64,000 nt of DNA. Origin: Gammaproteobacteria bacterium. Lineage in GTDB: Bacteria > Pseudomonadota > Gammaproteobacteria > Eutrophobiales > Eutrophobiaceae. Positions 10,252 to 21,035 of this stretch are shown in pieces; positions within the stretch are counted from its first letter, which is position 1; each line of letters starts with the position of its first letter. Location of the stretch: the NCBI GenBank assembly GCA_963422205.2, contig CAXMWX010000005.1, positions 512,001 through 576,000 on the forward strand, written 5' to 3'. The notes below the pieces were generated by a model, which saw nothing but the letters and a program-made list of their open reading frames with translations, was not told the DNA's origin and made no database searches. A program made the position numbers and the translations under genes.

Positions 10252-12375
10252 ATGTGTACTTACCATCTACGGCTGTTAGCCGGGTCGCTGTTATTCGCTG
10301 GCAGCCACATCCCTGCCGCCCATGCCGAGCAGCAGAGGGACGCTTCAGGCTTGCCTGAAGTGAACATCACCGCCGACCCGCTCGGTGACGTGGAATCGCA
10401 TCTGGTCAAGCCGGTCGACCTCATCACCGCCGCCGAATTGCAGCGCCGTGGCATGGGTAATATCGGGGAGACCATCGCCAATCAACCTGGCGTTACCTCC
10501 AGCGACTTCGGCCCGGGCGCCGGGCGTCCCGTCATCCGAGGCTTAGGAGGCAGCCGGGTGAGCGTGCTTGAAAACGGCATCAGCACCCTGGATGTTGCCA
10601 GCATCAGCGCCGATCACAGCGTCACCACAGAAGCCGCCTTCGCCCGACAAATAGAGATCTTTCGTGGCCCGGCCAGCCTGCTGTTTGGCAGCGGTGCCAG
10701 TGCGGGCGTGGTGAATGTGGTGCATAAGCGGATACTGGACGACGTCCCGGCCCGCCCGGAAGGCACGCTGTCAATGCAGTATGAAACTGTCTCAGAGGGG
10801 ATAACGGGCGGCGGCAGTGTCAATGTCGGTGCAGGTAATATTGCCCTTCATCTGGATGGTCTGATACGTGATACCGAGGACTATGATATCCCCGGCTTTG
10901 CCGAGTTAGCGCCGGATGAGGATGAGCAGCGGGGGATGCTGGAGAACAGCTGGGTGAACACAGAGAACATCGCCGCCGGCCTGTCTTATGTGCAGGAGCA
11001 CGGATTTATCGGCTTCGCTGTCAGCCGCCTTACCAATGAATACGGCGTACCCGGCGGACATGGGCATGGACATGAAGAGGAGCATGGGCATGAGGAGGAG
11101 GATCACGAAGAGGAAGGGCATGAAGAGGAGGCCGAGGGCGGTGTGATGATCGATCTGAAACAAACGCGCTATGATATTGAGGCGGTGCTGGACAATCCGC
11201 TGCCAGGCATGGTCAAGCTGAGTACACACTGGGCCTACAACGATTATGCCCATGATGAGGTTGAGGCCAGTGGCGAGGTCGGTACGGCGTTTGAAAATGA
11301 TGAAGTGGAAGGGCGGGTGGAGTTTATCCACCAGCCAATCGCCGGTTGGGATGGGGCATTCGGCGTACAGTATCGCAACCGGGATTTCTCTGCACTGGGT
11401 GAAGAGGGCTTCGTGCCTCCCTCCCGCCTGGAGTCTATCGGCCTGTTCCTGGTAGAGAAAGCGGATTTCGGGCGCTGGCATGTCGAACTGGGCGCACGCT
11501 ATGAACATCAGAGCAGCAAGGCCGATACCCATGCCAGCCGCACAAGCCATGATCTCTACAGTACGTCTGCTGGTATGAGCTGGCACTACGCCGACAGCTA
11601 CGAGACAGGTATGGCCATCACCTACACCCAGCGTGCGCCCGCTATTGAAGAGCTGTATTCGAACGGCCCGCACCTGGCGACCAACACTTATGAGATCGGC
11701 AGTCCCCGGCTTGCCAAAGAGAGATCAACCAATGTGGATATCTACTGGCGCAAGATAACAGGCCGGTTTACCTTCAATGCCAACCTGTTCTACAACAGGA
11801 TTGATGATTTCATCTTCCAGCAGGAACAGGACAGGAATAATGACGGTGTGGCCGACCGGGTGGAAGAGGATTTTGATGCGGCATCTCCGGTTTTTGTGGA
11901 TGAGGATGATGCCTTGCTGCTGGTGATGCAAAGCCAGGATGATGCCGATTTTTACGGCCTTGAACTTGAAGGCAGCCTGCGCCTTGTTGAAGATAAGCAC
12001 AGCACACTGGACCTGCGCCTGTGGACTGACTATATCCAAGGCGAGCGCAGTGAGGGTATTAACCTGCCACGCATCACACCCTGGCGCTTCGGCGCCGGCA
12101 GCATCTATCAGCGCGGGCCGTGGCTTGCCTCGGTGGATTACACCCGGGTAAACAAACAGAATGATACAGCGCCACTGGAGACCCCAAGCGCTGGCTATAA
12201 CAGGCTCGATCTGTACGTCTCCTACACGACGGAACTGGCGGCCACCCGCCTTACGGTGTTTGCCAGTGCCAGCAACCTGTTAGATGAGGATATCCGCCGC
12301 CACACCTCGTTCATCAAGGCCGCCGCCCCGTTGCCCGGGCGCTCCGGCATGGCGGGTATTCGCGCCAGTTTCTGA
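10252..12375 (+). CDS. TonB-dependent receptor, ZnuD-like zinc uptake
   Basis: Signal peptide (AAHA-E), plug motifs FGPGAGRPVIRG and IEIFRGPASLLFGSG, His/Glu-rich loop GHGHGHEEEHGHEEEDHEEEGHEEE, C-terminal Phe; upstream Zur box. Confidence 0.88.
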   Translation: MCTYHLRLLAGSLLFAGSHIPAAHAEQQRDASGLPEVNITADPLGDVESHLVKPVDLITAAELQRRGMGNIGETIANQPGVTSSDFGPGAGRPVIRGLGGSRVSVLENGISTLDVASISADHSVTTEAAFARQIEIFRGPASLLFGSGASAGVVNVVHKRILDDVPARPEGTLSMQYETVSEGITGGGSVNVGAGNIALHLDGLIRDTEDYDIPGFAELAPDEDEQRGMLENSWVNTENIAAGLSYVQEHGFIGFAVSRLTNEYGVPGGHGHGHEEEHGHEEEDHEEEGHEEEAEGGVMIDLKQTRYDIEAVLDNPLPGMVKLSTHWAYNDYAHDEVEASGEVGTAFENDEVEGRVEFIHQPIAGWDGAFGVQYRNRDFSALGEEGFVPPSRLESIGLFLVEKADFGRWHVELGARYEHQSSKADTHASRTSHDLYSTSAGMSWHYADSYETGMAITYTQRAPAIEELYSNGPHLATNTYEIGSPRLAKERSTNVDIYWRKITGRFTFNANLFYNRIDDFIFQQEQDRNNDGVADRVEEDFDAASPVFVDEDDALLLVMQSQDDADFYGLELEGSLRLVEDKHSTLDLRLWTDYIQGERSEGINLPRITPWRFGAGSIYQRGPWLASVDYTRVNKQNDTAPLETPSAGYNRLDLYVSYTTELAATRLTVFASASNLLDEDIRRHTSFIKAAAPLPGRSGMAGIRASF

Positions 12376-12518
12376 TCATCGCCCGCTCATCACTGCCCTG
12401 AAGTCGGCCGATAAGTCAAGTCGCTGCTGCCAGATGGGCAGATAACACTCAGCATGGCAGCACAAATCTGCTACATTGTCCGCTGGCTGTTCCAACAAAC
12501 AGCGGCGGTCTTAACGTC

Positions 12519-13253
12519 ATGCACATTATTGATTTACAAAAAATCAGGGCGAAATGCAGCGAGTGCAGTCTGGCGGAGATGTGCCTGCCACGTGGCCTTA
12601 ATCAGCGCGATATGAAAAAACTGGAGGCGATTACCCGAAAAAGCCGACCGGTGAATCGGGGCGATTGTATTTATGATGCGGGCGAGCGGTTCAACGCCAT
12701 CTATGCGGTGAATGCCGGCAGCATAAAGATCTCCTTGTTGAATGATGCGGGCGAGGAGCAGATCATCGGCTTTTATCTGCCTGGCGAGATGTTCGGCTTT
12801 GATGGCATTGACGGGCAGACCTACACCTGCCGTGCCATTGCGATGGAGACCAGCACGCTGTGCGCTTTTCCGTTTACCAAACTTAACGATATCTGCCATG
12901 ACATCCCGCAGTTGCAGGAAGAGGTGCTACGCATCTTGAGCCGGGAAATCAGCTATGAGAATCAGTTGCTGATCACCATTAACAAAAAGACCGCCGAAGA
13001 GAAAACCGCCACCTTCCTGCTGTCATTGTCCTCACGCTTCAAACGGCTGGGCTACTCGCCGTATGAGTTCAAGCTCTCCATGTCACGGCAGGATATCGGC
13101 AATTATCTCGGGCTGACGATTGAAACGGTAAGCCGTATACTGAACCGCTTTCAAAGGGCCGGGCTGATCACGCTGCAACACCGGTTTGTCAAGATCACCA
13201 GCCATGCCGCATTACAGGGCATCTGCACATCGCATGAGGACAGTGCCGCCTAG
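12519..13253 (+). CDS. fnr: FNR/Anr family O2-sensing transcriptional regulator
   Basis: N-terminal CSECSLAEMCLP cysteine cluster; HTH SRQDIGNYLGLTIETVSR; next to the cco genes. Confidence 0.93.
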   Translation: MHIIDLQKIRAKCSECSLAEMCLPRGLNQRDMKKLEAITRKSRPVNRGDCIYDAGERFNAIYAVNAGSIKISLLNDAGEEQIIGFYLPGEMFGFDGIDGQTYTCRAIAMETSTLCAFPFTKLNDICHDIPQLQEEVLRILSREISYENQLLITINKKTAEEKTATFLLSLSSRFKRLGYSPYEFKLSMSRQDIGNYLGLTIETVSRILNRFQRAGLITLQHRFVKITSHAALQGICTSHEDSAA

Positions 13254-13414
13254 TCTATCTCCTTATCAGGCGGCCGGTCATCGTCCATCACTATCCGGTA
13301 GGCCGGGCCGTTCAAATCATCGTATTGCCCGGAGCGAATCGCCCAGCGCAGCAGGCAGGCGATGAGTAACACCAGTAACAGTGATAAGGGGATCAGCAGA
13401 TACAAAACCTCCAT
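13250..13414 (-). CDS. ccoS: cbb3-type cytochrome oxidase assembly protein CcoS (54 aa)
   Basis: Manual translation MEVLYLLIPLSLLLVLLIACLLRWAIRSGQYDDLNGPAYRIVMDDDRPPDKEID; WA.RSGQYDD motif; too short for the ORF track; abuts the ccoI stop. Confidence 0.92.
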   Translation of the reverse strand: MEVLYLLIPLSLLLVLLIACLLRWAIRSGQYDDLNGPAYRIVMDDDRPPDKEID

Positions 13415-15752
13415 CAGGCGGTTGTCCTTAATCGGGCCAGCCGGGTTGAATTCAGCACGACAATCAGCGAGCTGACAGACATGCCGATGGCAGCCAGCCA
13501 GGGGGTCAATATGCCGGCTATCGCCAGCGGCAGCGCCAGCAGATTATAGCCAACCGCCCAGAGGATATTCTGCTTGAGTACACGGACAAACCGGCGAGCC
13601 AGTTGATGCGCCTCGGTAATCTGCATCAGATCGCTGTTTAACAGGATCATATCGGCATTCAGTTTGGAGATATCCGCCCCATTGCCCATAGCGATCGATA
13701 CCGGCGAGACTGCCAATGCGGGCGCATCATTAATGCCGTCACCCACCATGACCACCATATCACCACGGTCTATCTTCTCTTGCAGATACGCCAGTTTCCC
13801 CTCCGGCAGCTGCGCGCCGATGGCCTCATCAAATCCCAGTTTATCGCCGATGGCCACCACCAGGCGCTGCCTGTCACCACTGAGCAGGATGGTCTGTTTA
13901 GCCTGTGCATTCAGGTAGCTGACCAGCGCGCCCACCCCGGGCCGTGGATAATCCTCCAGACCGATGGCGCATAACACAGCCGTTGAGGTGGTCAGAAATA
14001 CTTCCATGCCAATGGTCTCATCAAGCGTATCTCCAGCCGACTCATCCTGCTCAGGCAACAGGCCGGTCTGGCGGTTGATAAATGCCGCACTGCCCAGAAA
14101 ATAGTGGCACTGATCTATCTTTGCTGTGACCCCGGCGCCCGGATGGTTGACAAGGTTGCAGGTCGGTAACAACTCGCCATGATCAGCAGCAGCACGAATG
14201 GCACGGGCTATCTGGTGGTCTGATTTGGCCTCCAGGCTGGCCGCCAGCTTCAGGCAGTGTGCCTTCGACAGCCCGGAGAACAAGGTCAGCCCGGAGACCT
14301 GCATCTCGCCGGTCGTCAAGGTGCCGGTCTTATCAAAGATAAACACCTGGGCGGCGGCCAGGGCCTGCAACACATTCTGCCCCAGCACGGCGACCCCGCG
14401 CCCCAGCATGGCGTTGTTCGCCGCCGTGTAAGCCGTTGGCGTGGCCAGGGACAATGCACACGGACAGGTCACCACCAGCACGGCAATTGTCACCCCCAGC
14501 CAGCTGGAGGCATCATGCAGATACCAGTACACACCGGTGACACAGGCGATCAGGATAACGGCCATGACAAACCCGCCAGCAAAGCGATTGATGATGGCCG
14601 TCAGCCGGGGTTTTTGCTGATGGCCCTGTTCAATCAGCCGCAAAATCTGCTGCAATCGGGTGTTGTTACCCACGGCGGTCACTTCGACTGTCAAAGGGGC
14701 ATACATGTTCGTGCTGCCGGCGATCAGCGCGTCCCCGGCCTTCTTCGTAACCGGTCTGGCTTCGCCGGTCAGCAGCGCCTCATCCACCGCACTGTCCCCG
14801 CTCATCACCACACCATCGACCGGAATATGCTCCCCGGCGTACACCAGGATCAGATCGCCCGGTTGCAGCTTGATGGCGGGTATCACATCAATCTGATTTG
14901 CATCAGTCTGATCTGCATCAGTCTGATCTGCTGGGGCAGGCGTTATTTTATTGGCGGTGTCCGGCTTCACGCGGTAGAGTTTTTCGAGATGCCGGTTGGC
15001 ATCAAGCCGGGTTTGAAATTCAAAATAACGGCTGATCAACAACAACAATATCAGCACGCAGATAGAGTCAAAATAGACCTCGCCCCGGCCTGAAACAGTC
15101 GCCAGGGCGCTGCCGATGAACGCTATCGTCAGCCCCAGCACCACCGGCACATCCATGCTGAGACTGCGATTTTTCAGATCACGCCAGGCGTTGATGAAAA
15201 ACGACTGGCCTGAATACACCATGACCGGCACGGTCAGCAACATGGCCACCCAGTGCAGGAAACGCTGCATGTCGGCATCCATATCCCAGGCCATATTCCA
15301 GGCACCAAAATACAAGCCAATAGATATCATCATGACCTGCATACCGAACAGCGCCGCACTGCCTATGTGCAGCAGTGCGGTTCTTTTTGCCTGTGTTTGT
15401 TGCAGTGCTTTTTGTTTGTGGTGAAAAGGCCAGGCTTGAAAACCCAGCTCATGGATACCGGCCAGGATATGGCTAAGTGGCAGCCGGGCAGGTTGCCAGA
15501 GCACTTCTGCGGTATGCGTGGAGTAATTCACCACCACACGGTCAACCCCTTCCAGCCCGGCAGATGGGATTCGATCTTCCAGCTACAGGACGGGCAACTG
15601 ATCCCCGCCAGACTGAATACGGCGGATGAGCGCTGTTGATCTGCAACCGTCACATACGCCTGCTGCAATAGCGGATCATCATAAACAGCAAAGGCCGCCG
15701 CCCCCGCGGCGGCGCTGGACAGGTCTTCAGTGTGAGCTATTGAGGCCATCAT
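13414..15752 (-). CDS. ccoI: P1B-type copper ATPase CcoI/FixI, split by a one-base frameshift near 15561
   Basis: CPC, DKTGTLT and GDGINDAP motifs in 13414-15537; the HMA CxxC domain (GISCPSCSWKIE) is in ORF 15528-15752. Adding one G restores HLAGLEGVDRVVVNYST. Confidence 0.9.
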
Positions 15753-15799
15753 GCCGGTTCATTTTACCGCCAAGTGTCATGGTAATTAATACAGGAAGT

Positions 15800-15813
15800 T
15801 TGACCGAGATCAA
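15800..15813. promoter_or_regulatory. FNR/Anr box TTGAC-CGAG-ATCAA
   Basis: One mismatch from the TTGAT-N4-ATCAA consensus; lies between the divergent ccoI and ompW-remnant/ccoN units. Confidence 0.85.
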
Positions 15814-15890
15814 ACTCATCCGTGATAGACAGTGACAGACTGCCGCCCTTAGTCAAAATAAAAAACAGGTTAAAGAGAAGGAGGCTGCCC

Positions 15891-16154
15891 ATGCGCTTTT
15901 TAGCCGGGCTGTTTTGCTGTTGCTGTCTATCCATAGCGACCGAGGCAGGTGGCTGGCGGATGGGTATGGGCGGGGTGGTCATGGCACCTGCTGATGGCAG
16001 CACGGTGATCGCCCTGTCCGGGACTGCGTTAAGCGGCAGAGGTATTGCGGTGGGTATCGGGGATATATTGGCGCCTGATTGCCCGGACAGGCTGAGAGAT
16101 CACGCAGGAGTGGAGGCGATTGCCGGTAGGGATTATTGGGGTTATCGGTTTTAA
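15891..16154 (+). pseudogene. Internally deleted OmpW/OprG-like outer membrane protein remnant (87 aa open frame)
   Basis: AAGGAGG RBS; signal-like N-terminus; EAGGWRMGMGGVVMAP...DHAGVEAIAG lines up with the OmpW/OprG N-terminal strands (recalled sequence) and jumps directly to the family C-terminal GYRF. Confidence 0.6.
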
Positions 16155-16165
16155 GGCAGCGTACC

Positions 16166-17587
16166 ATGCCGGATCACACGACCTACAATTACACAGTCGT
16201 CAGGCAATTCTCCATCATGACGATCGTCTGGGGCGTGGTGGGGATGCTGGTCGGTGTGATCATTGCTGCTCAACTGGCATGGCCTGAGTTAAATTTTGAT
16301 CTGCCCTGGTTCACGTTCGGACGCTTGCGGCCGCTGCATACCAATGCGGTCATATTTGCCTTCGGTGGTTGTGCGCTGTTCGCCACCTCTTATTATGTCG
16401 TCCAGCGCACCTGTCATGTGCGCCTTGTCAGTGACAGGCTCGCCGCTTTCACCTTCTGGGGCTGGCAGTTGGTGATTGTGCTGGCGGCGATAACACTCCC
16501 CCTTGGCATAACCACCTCAAAGGAATATGCCGAGTTAGAATGGCCTATTGACATTCTGATCACGGTTGTCTGGGTGTGTTATGCCGTTTTATTCTTTGGC
16601 ACCATCATGCAACGGCGGGTGCAGCATATTTATGTTGCCAACTGGTTCTTCGGCGCCTTTATCATCACCGTTGCCATTTTGCATATCGTGAATTCAATGG
16701 CCATGCCGGTCTCACTGGTTAAATCCTATTCGATCTATGCAGGTGTACAGGATGCCATGATCCAGTGGTGGTACGGACACAATGCCGTTGGCTTTTTTCT
16801 CACCGCCGGCTTTCTGGGGATGATGTACTACTTCATACCCAAACAGGCCGGTCGGCCGATTTACTCCTACCGGCTGTCGATCGTGCATTTCTGGGCGCTG
16901 ATCTTCACCTATATCTGGGCCGGCCCGCATCACCTGCACTACACCGCCCTGCCGGATTGGACGCAATCGCTGGGCATGGTGATGTCGATCATACTGCTGG
17001 CCCCTTCCTGGGGCGGCATGATCAACGGCATCATGACCTTATCCGGTGCTTGGCACAAGTTACGTACCGATCCGATCCTGCGCCTGTTGATTGTCTCTTT
17101 GTCTTTTTATGGCATGTCAACATTCGAAGGGCCGATGATGTCGATCAAGACAGTCAATGCCCTGTCACACTACACAGACTGGACTATCGGCCATGTGCAT
17201 TCTGGCGCCCTTGGCTGGGTCGCCATGATCTCGCTGGCCTGTATGTACTACCTCATCCCCCGATTATATGGCCGGGCGATCTACAGCGTCCGCCTGATTG
17301 AATACCATTTTTGGATCTCCACCATCGGCATCGTGCTGTATATCGCTTCCATGTGGGTGGCCGGGATCATGCAGGGCCTGATGTGGCGTGCCGTGAATGA
17401 TGACGGCACCTTGACCTACAGCTTCGTTGAGAGCGTACAGGCCATGCATCCCTTCTATGCCATCCGTTTTATCGGCGGCCTGCTGTTTTTCGCTGGCACA
17501 TTGATCATGTGCTGGAATTTATGGAAGACCATCGCCGCCGGCAGACCGGTGACCGCCCCGATTCCTGATCCGGTGGCCGCACTGTAA
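16166..17587 (+). CDS. ccoN: Cytochrome c oxidase cbb3-type subunit I
   Basis: [54 protein letters not shown]. Confidence 0.98.
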   Translation: MPDHTTYNYTVVRQFSIMTIVWGVVGMLVGVIIAAQLAWPELNFDLPWFTFGRLRPLHTNAVIFAFGGCALFATSYYVVQRTCHVRLVSDRLAAFTFWGWQLVIVLAAITLPLGITTSKEYAELEWPIDILITVVWVCYAVLFFGTIMQRRVQHIYVANWFFGAFIITVAILHIVNSMAMPVSLVKSYSIYAGVQDAMIQWWYGHNAVGFFLTAGFLGMMYYFIPKQAGRPIYSYRLSIVHFWALIFTYIWAGPHHLHYTALPDWTQSLGMVMSIILLAPSWGGMINGIMTLSGAWHKLRTDPILRLLIVSLSFYGMSTFEGPMMSIKTVNALSHYTDWTIGHVHSGALGWVAMISLACMYYLIPRLYGRAIYSVRLIEYHFWISTIGIVLYIASMWVAGIMQGLMWRAVNDDGTLTYSFVESVQAMHPFYAIRFIGGLLFFAGTLIMCWNLWKTIAAGRPVTAPIPDPVAAL

Positions 17588-17598
17588 GGATAAGCCGC

Positions 17599-18213
17599 AT
17601 GTCAGGCATACACGAGAGAATCGAAAAAAATATCGGCGGGATGATCGTGCTGGTGGTGCTCACTGTCAGCATCGGCGGGCTGGTGCAGATTGTGCCGCTG
17701 TTCTTTATGCAGAGCACCACTGAAGCCGTTGATGGCCTTGAACCTTATGATGCCTTGAGCCTGGAGGGGCGTGATGTCTATATCCGCGAGGGCTGTTATC
17801 TGTGTCATTCGCAAATGATCCGCCCGTTTCGTGCAGAAACAGAGCGCTACGGGCATTACTCCCTGGCCGGCGAATTTGTCTATGATCATCCTTTTCAGTG
17901 GGGTTCGAAACGCACCGGGCCGGATCTGCAACGGGTGGGCGGGCGCTATTCCGATGAGTGGCACCGCATACACATGATCAACCCCAGAGATGTCGTGCCT
18001 GAGTCCATCATGCCGGGTTATCCCTGGCTGGAACAGGCGGTGATTGATGCCACACAAACCGCCCGAAAAATGCGGGCGTTGAAGTCCATCGGCGTGCCTT
18101 ATACAGAGGAGCAAATCGCAGCCGCCAGTGCCGCCGTTGAGGGAAAAACCGAAATGGATGCACTGATCGCCTACCTGCAGGGCTTAGGTACGGCGGTAAA
18201 AACACGCAGGTGA
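17599..18213 (+). CDS. ccoO: Cytochrome c oxidase cbb3-type subunit II
   Basis: [27 protein letters not shown]. Confidence 0.97.
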   Translation: MSGIHERIEKNIGGMIVLVVLTVSIGGLVQIVPLFFMQSTTEAVDGLEPYDALSLEGRDVYIREGCYLCHSQMIRPFRAETERYGHYSLAGEFVYDHPFQWGSKRTGPDLQRVGGRYSDEWHRIHMINPRDVVPESIMPGYPWLEQAVIDATQTARKMRALKSIGVPYTEEQIAAASAAVEGKTEMDALIAYLQGLGTAVKTRR

Positions 18214-18217
18214 GACG

Positions 18218-18400
18218 ATGATGAACCTGATTTTTTCGATCTGGACTGTCGTGGTCTTTATTCTGTTCATTGGCATTGCCCTCTGGGCCTGGAGTGATCG
18301 CAACAAAAAAACCTTTGATGCGGCCGCCCGGCTGCCGCTGGAGGATGATGACGATAACGCAAGTCCGTCCGATAGCCGCACAAAAGATGCACATGGCTGA
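18218..18400 (+). CDS. ccoQ: Cytochrome c oxidase cbb3-type subunit IV
   Basis: Single TM followed by FDAAARLPLEDD; operon position. Confidence 0.92.
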   Translation: MMNLIFSIWTVVVFILFIGIALWAWSDRNKKTFDAAARLPLEDDDDNASPSDSRTKDAHG

Positions 18401-19310
18401 TTTCACGCACCCCATCTGGGGCTGGTTTATCCTTGCAAGCACCCTCATCAGCATCGCCGCGCTGTTACTGTTTGCCTTGAAAAATGCCGGGGCGAAAAAG
18501 AAAAAAGGGGAGGCGGCAAAAAGCATGGGGCATCTCTGGGATGAGGACCTGCATGAGTTGAACAACCCCCTGCCGCGCTGGTGGTTATACCTGTTCTACC
18601 TGACGTTGTTCTGGGGGGCGCTGTATCTGTTGCTGTATCCGGGGCTGGGCATATTTGCCGGTTATCTGGGCTGGTCGCAGGAACAGCAATATGCAGAGGA
18701 AATCCAGCAGGCGAATGTACGTTACGGCCCCATCTATGCACAGTATGCCGATACACCGGTGACGGCGCTCATCCAGGACGAACAAGCCGTGCTGATCGGC
18801 AAACGGCTGTTTGCCACTTACTGCACCACCTGCCACGGCTCGGATGCCCGCGGGGCAAGAGGCTATCCCAATTTGCGTGACGATGACTGGTCATGGGGCG
18901 GGATGCCGGAACACATCATCGCCAGTATCACCCACGGCAGGCAGGGCATCATGCCGCCATGGGGCGATGTGCTGGGCGAGCAAGGGGTGTTTGATGTGGC
19001 AGAATATGTCCGCACGCTGGGGGGGCTGTCCGCCGATACGCAGGTCGCTGCCAGAGGCAAGGCCCTTTATCATCAGTATTGCCAAGTATGTCATGGGATT
19101 GATGGCCGCGGTGATCAGGCCATAGGAGCGCCGAATCTCGCCGATGATATCTGGCTGTACGGCGGTTCACAAAAGAAGATCATGGAAGTCATCGCCCTGG
19201 GCAAAAGCGGCAACATGCCCGCCCATAAGGAATTTCTGGGCGAGGCCAAGATACATCTGCTGGCAACCTATTTATACAGCCTGTCAGCGGCCGAGGCGGC
19301 GGCTGAGTAA
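18393..19310 (+). CDS. ccoP: Cytochrome c oxidase cbb3-type subunit III
   Basis: GHLWDEDLHELNNPLPRWW; two CxxCH motifs (CTTCH, CQVCH); start refined to ATG 18393. Confidence 0.96.
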   Translation: MADFTHPIWGWFILASTLISIAALLLFALKNAGAKKKKGEAAKSMGHLWDEDLHELNNPLPRWWLYLFYLTLFWGALYLLLYPGLGIFAGYLGWSQEQQYAEEIQQANVRYGPIYAQYADTPVTALIQDEQAVLIGKRLFATYCTTCHGSDARGARGYPNLRDDDWSWGGMPEHIIASITHGRQGIMPPWGDVLGEQGVFDVAEYVRTLGGLSADTQVAARGKALYHQYCQVCHGIDGRGDQAIGAPNLADDIWLYGGSQKKIMEVIALGKSGNMPAHKEFLGEAKIHLLATYLYSLSAAEAAAE

Positions 19311-19315
19311 CCGCC

Positions 19316-19579
19316 ATGTGGTGCTGGGACAAGGTCAGCCCGATGCCCGTGCTGGCGCGCATCATGGCGATTTTGTGGCTGACCTTTCTGGTCTCCATTG
19401 CCGCCACTGGCATCTTTTTCTCCGCCATTGATCCGCTGGAATTGAAATATTGTGTTGCCCTGCCGGAAGTCAGCCGTCTCGGCGCTTACACCATCGGCTT
19501 TTTTCTGCTCTGGCTGCTCACTGCCAGCACCAGCCTGCTGTGTGTGTTTTTTATCTCTCCTGTCACCTTAAAGACATGA
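19316..19579 (+). CDS. Small membrane protein of unknown function in the cco cluster
   Basis: Two TM segments (LWLTFLVSIAATGIFFSAIDP...SRLGAYTIGFFLLW); tightly packed between ccoP and ccoG. Confidence 0.7.
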   Translation: MWCWDKVSPMPVLARIMAILWLTFLVSIAATGIFFSAIDPLELKYCVALPEVSRLGAYTIGFFLLWLLTASTSLLCVFFISPVTLKT

Positions 19580-19592
19580 GATCTGAACACAG

Positions 19593-21035
19593 ATGGGCAC
19601 GGCTTACGTGACCCCGGCCACTGACCCGGCGGCTGGCAAGGCTGCCCCGGTTCACCCCCTGCAAGCACAGGACATAGAACACGCCCTGGTTGCCCGGCGG
19701 GAGAAGATCTACCCGCGAGAGGTGCATGGCCTCTTTGCCCGTTTGCGAATCACGGCGGTTGTTCTCTTGCTTGGCCTGTTTTATGCCCTGCCCTGGGTAA
19801 GCTGGGATAATCGGCAAGCCATATTACTGGACCTGCCAGCGCGCAAATTCCATGTCCTGGGGCTGACCTTCTGGCCGCAGGATTTTCTTTATCTCGCCCT
19901 GCTGTTGATCCTGGCGGGCTTGAGTTTGTTTTTTTTTACCGCACTGGCCGGTCGGCTCTGGTGCGGCTATGCCTGCCCGCAGACCGTATGGACGGAGACG
20001 TTTCTCTGGATAGAGCGCATCATAGAAGGGGATCGGATAAAACAACAACGGCTGGATAGGGCGCCCTGGAGCGCACGCAAGCTAAGGCTCAAGGCAACCA
20101 AGCACATTATCTGGGTGAGTTATGCTGCCTTTACCGGCTTTACGTTTGTGTCTTACTTTACCCCGGCAAAGACCCTGCTGCATGAGTTACTGACAGTGAG
20201 CATGGGGCCGTGGGAGACCTTCTGGATGTGTTTTTACAGCCTTGCCACCTACGGCAATGCCGGCTGGATGCGGGAGCAGGTCTGTATCTACATGTGTCCG
20301 TATGCACGTTTTCAAAGCGCGATGTTCGATAACGATACGCTTATCGTCTCCTATGATAAGGCCCGTGGTGAACCCAAAGGGTCGCGCCGCCCCGGTACCG
20401 ATCATAAAAGCCGGGGGCTGGGCGATTGTATTGACTGCACGCTGTGCGTACAGGTCTGCCCGACTGGCATAGATATTCGCCACGGCCTGCAATACCAGTG
20501 TATCGGATGCTCCGCCTGTATTGATGTCTGCAATGATGTCATGGATAAAATGCAATACCCCAAGGGGCTGATTCGTTATACCACGCAACACGCCCTGCAA
20601 GGCAGAAAAACCCGCATCCTGCGCCCCCGAATCCTTATATATGGGGTAATTTTACTGGGCATCATGGGCGCATTCGCCTGGTCTTTAGCCAGCCGGGTGC
20701 CGGTCGGGCTGGACGTGATTCATGATCGCAACCAGTTATTCCGTGAAACACAGTGGTTGATAGAGAATGTCTACACCTTAAAGCTGCTCAACATGCAGAA
20801 CGTTGATGTGGACTATGTATTGGACGTTGCCGGCATAGACGATATGCAGTTGATACTTGACCAATCGCAGATCCATGTCCCGGCAGGCACGGTGTACGAT
20901 CTGCCGGCAAGAATCAGAGCCGCAGAAGCGAATCTGCCCTCCCGCAGCACCGAGATTATCTTTACATTACATGACAGACATGACGATGCTATTATCGTCT
21001 CTGAAACCGCTAAATTTATCGGGCCTGCACAATGA
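19593..21035 (+). CDS. ccoG: cbb3 accessory protein CcoG (4Fe-4S cupric reductase)
   Basis: GRLWCGYACPQTVW, CIYMCPYARFQ, DCIDCTLCVQVCPTGIDIR, CIGCSACIDVC. Confidence 0.96.
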   Translation: MGTAYVTPATDPAAGKAAPVHPLQAQDIEHALVARREKIYPREVHGLFARLRITAVVLLLGLFYALPWVSWDNRQAILLDLPARKFHVLGLTFWPQDFLYLALLLILAGLSLFFFTALAGRLWCGYACPQTVWTETFLWIERIIEGDRIKQQRLDRAPWSARKLRLKATKHIIWVSYAAFTGFTFVSYFTPAKTLLHELLTVSMGPWETFWMCFYSLATYGNAGWMREQVCIYMCPYARFQSAMFDNDTLIVSYDKARGEPKGSRRPGTDHKSRGLGDCIDCTLCVQVCPTGIDIRHGLQYQCIGCSACIDVCNDVMDKMQYPKGLIRYTTQHALQGRKTRILRPRILIYGVILLGIMGAFAWSLASRVPVGLDVIHDRNQLFRETQWLIENVYTLKLLNMQNVDVDYVLDVAGIDDMQLILDQSQIHVPAGTVYDLPARIRAAEANLPSRSTEIIFTLHDRHDDAIIVSETAKFIGPAQ

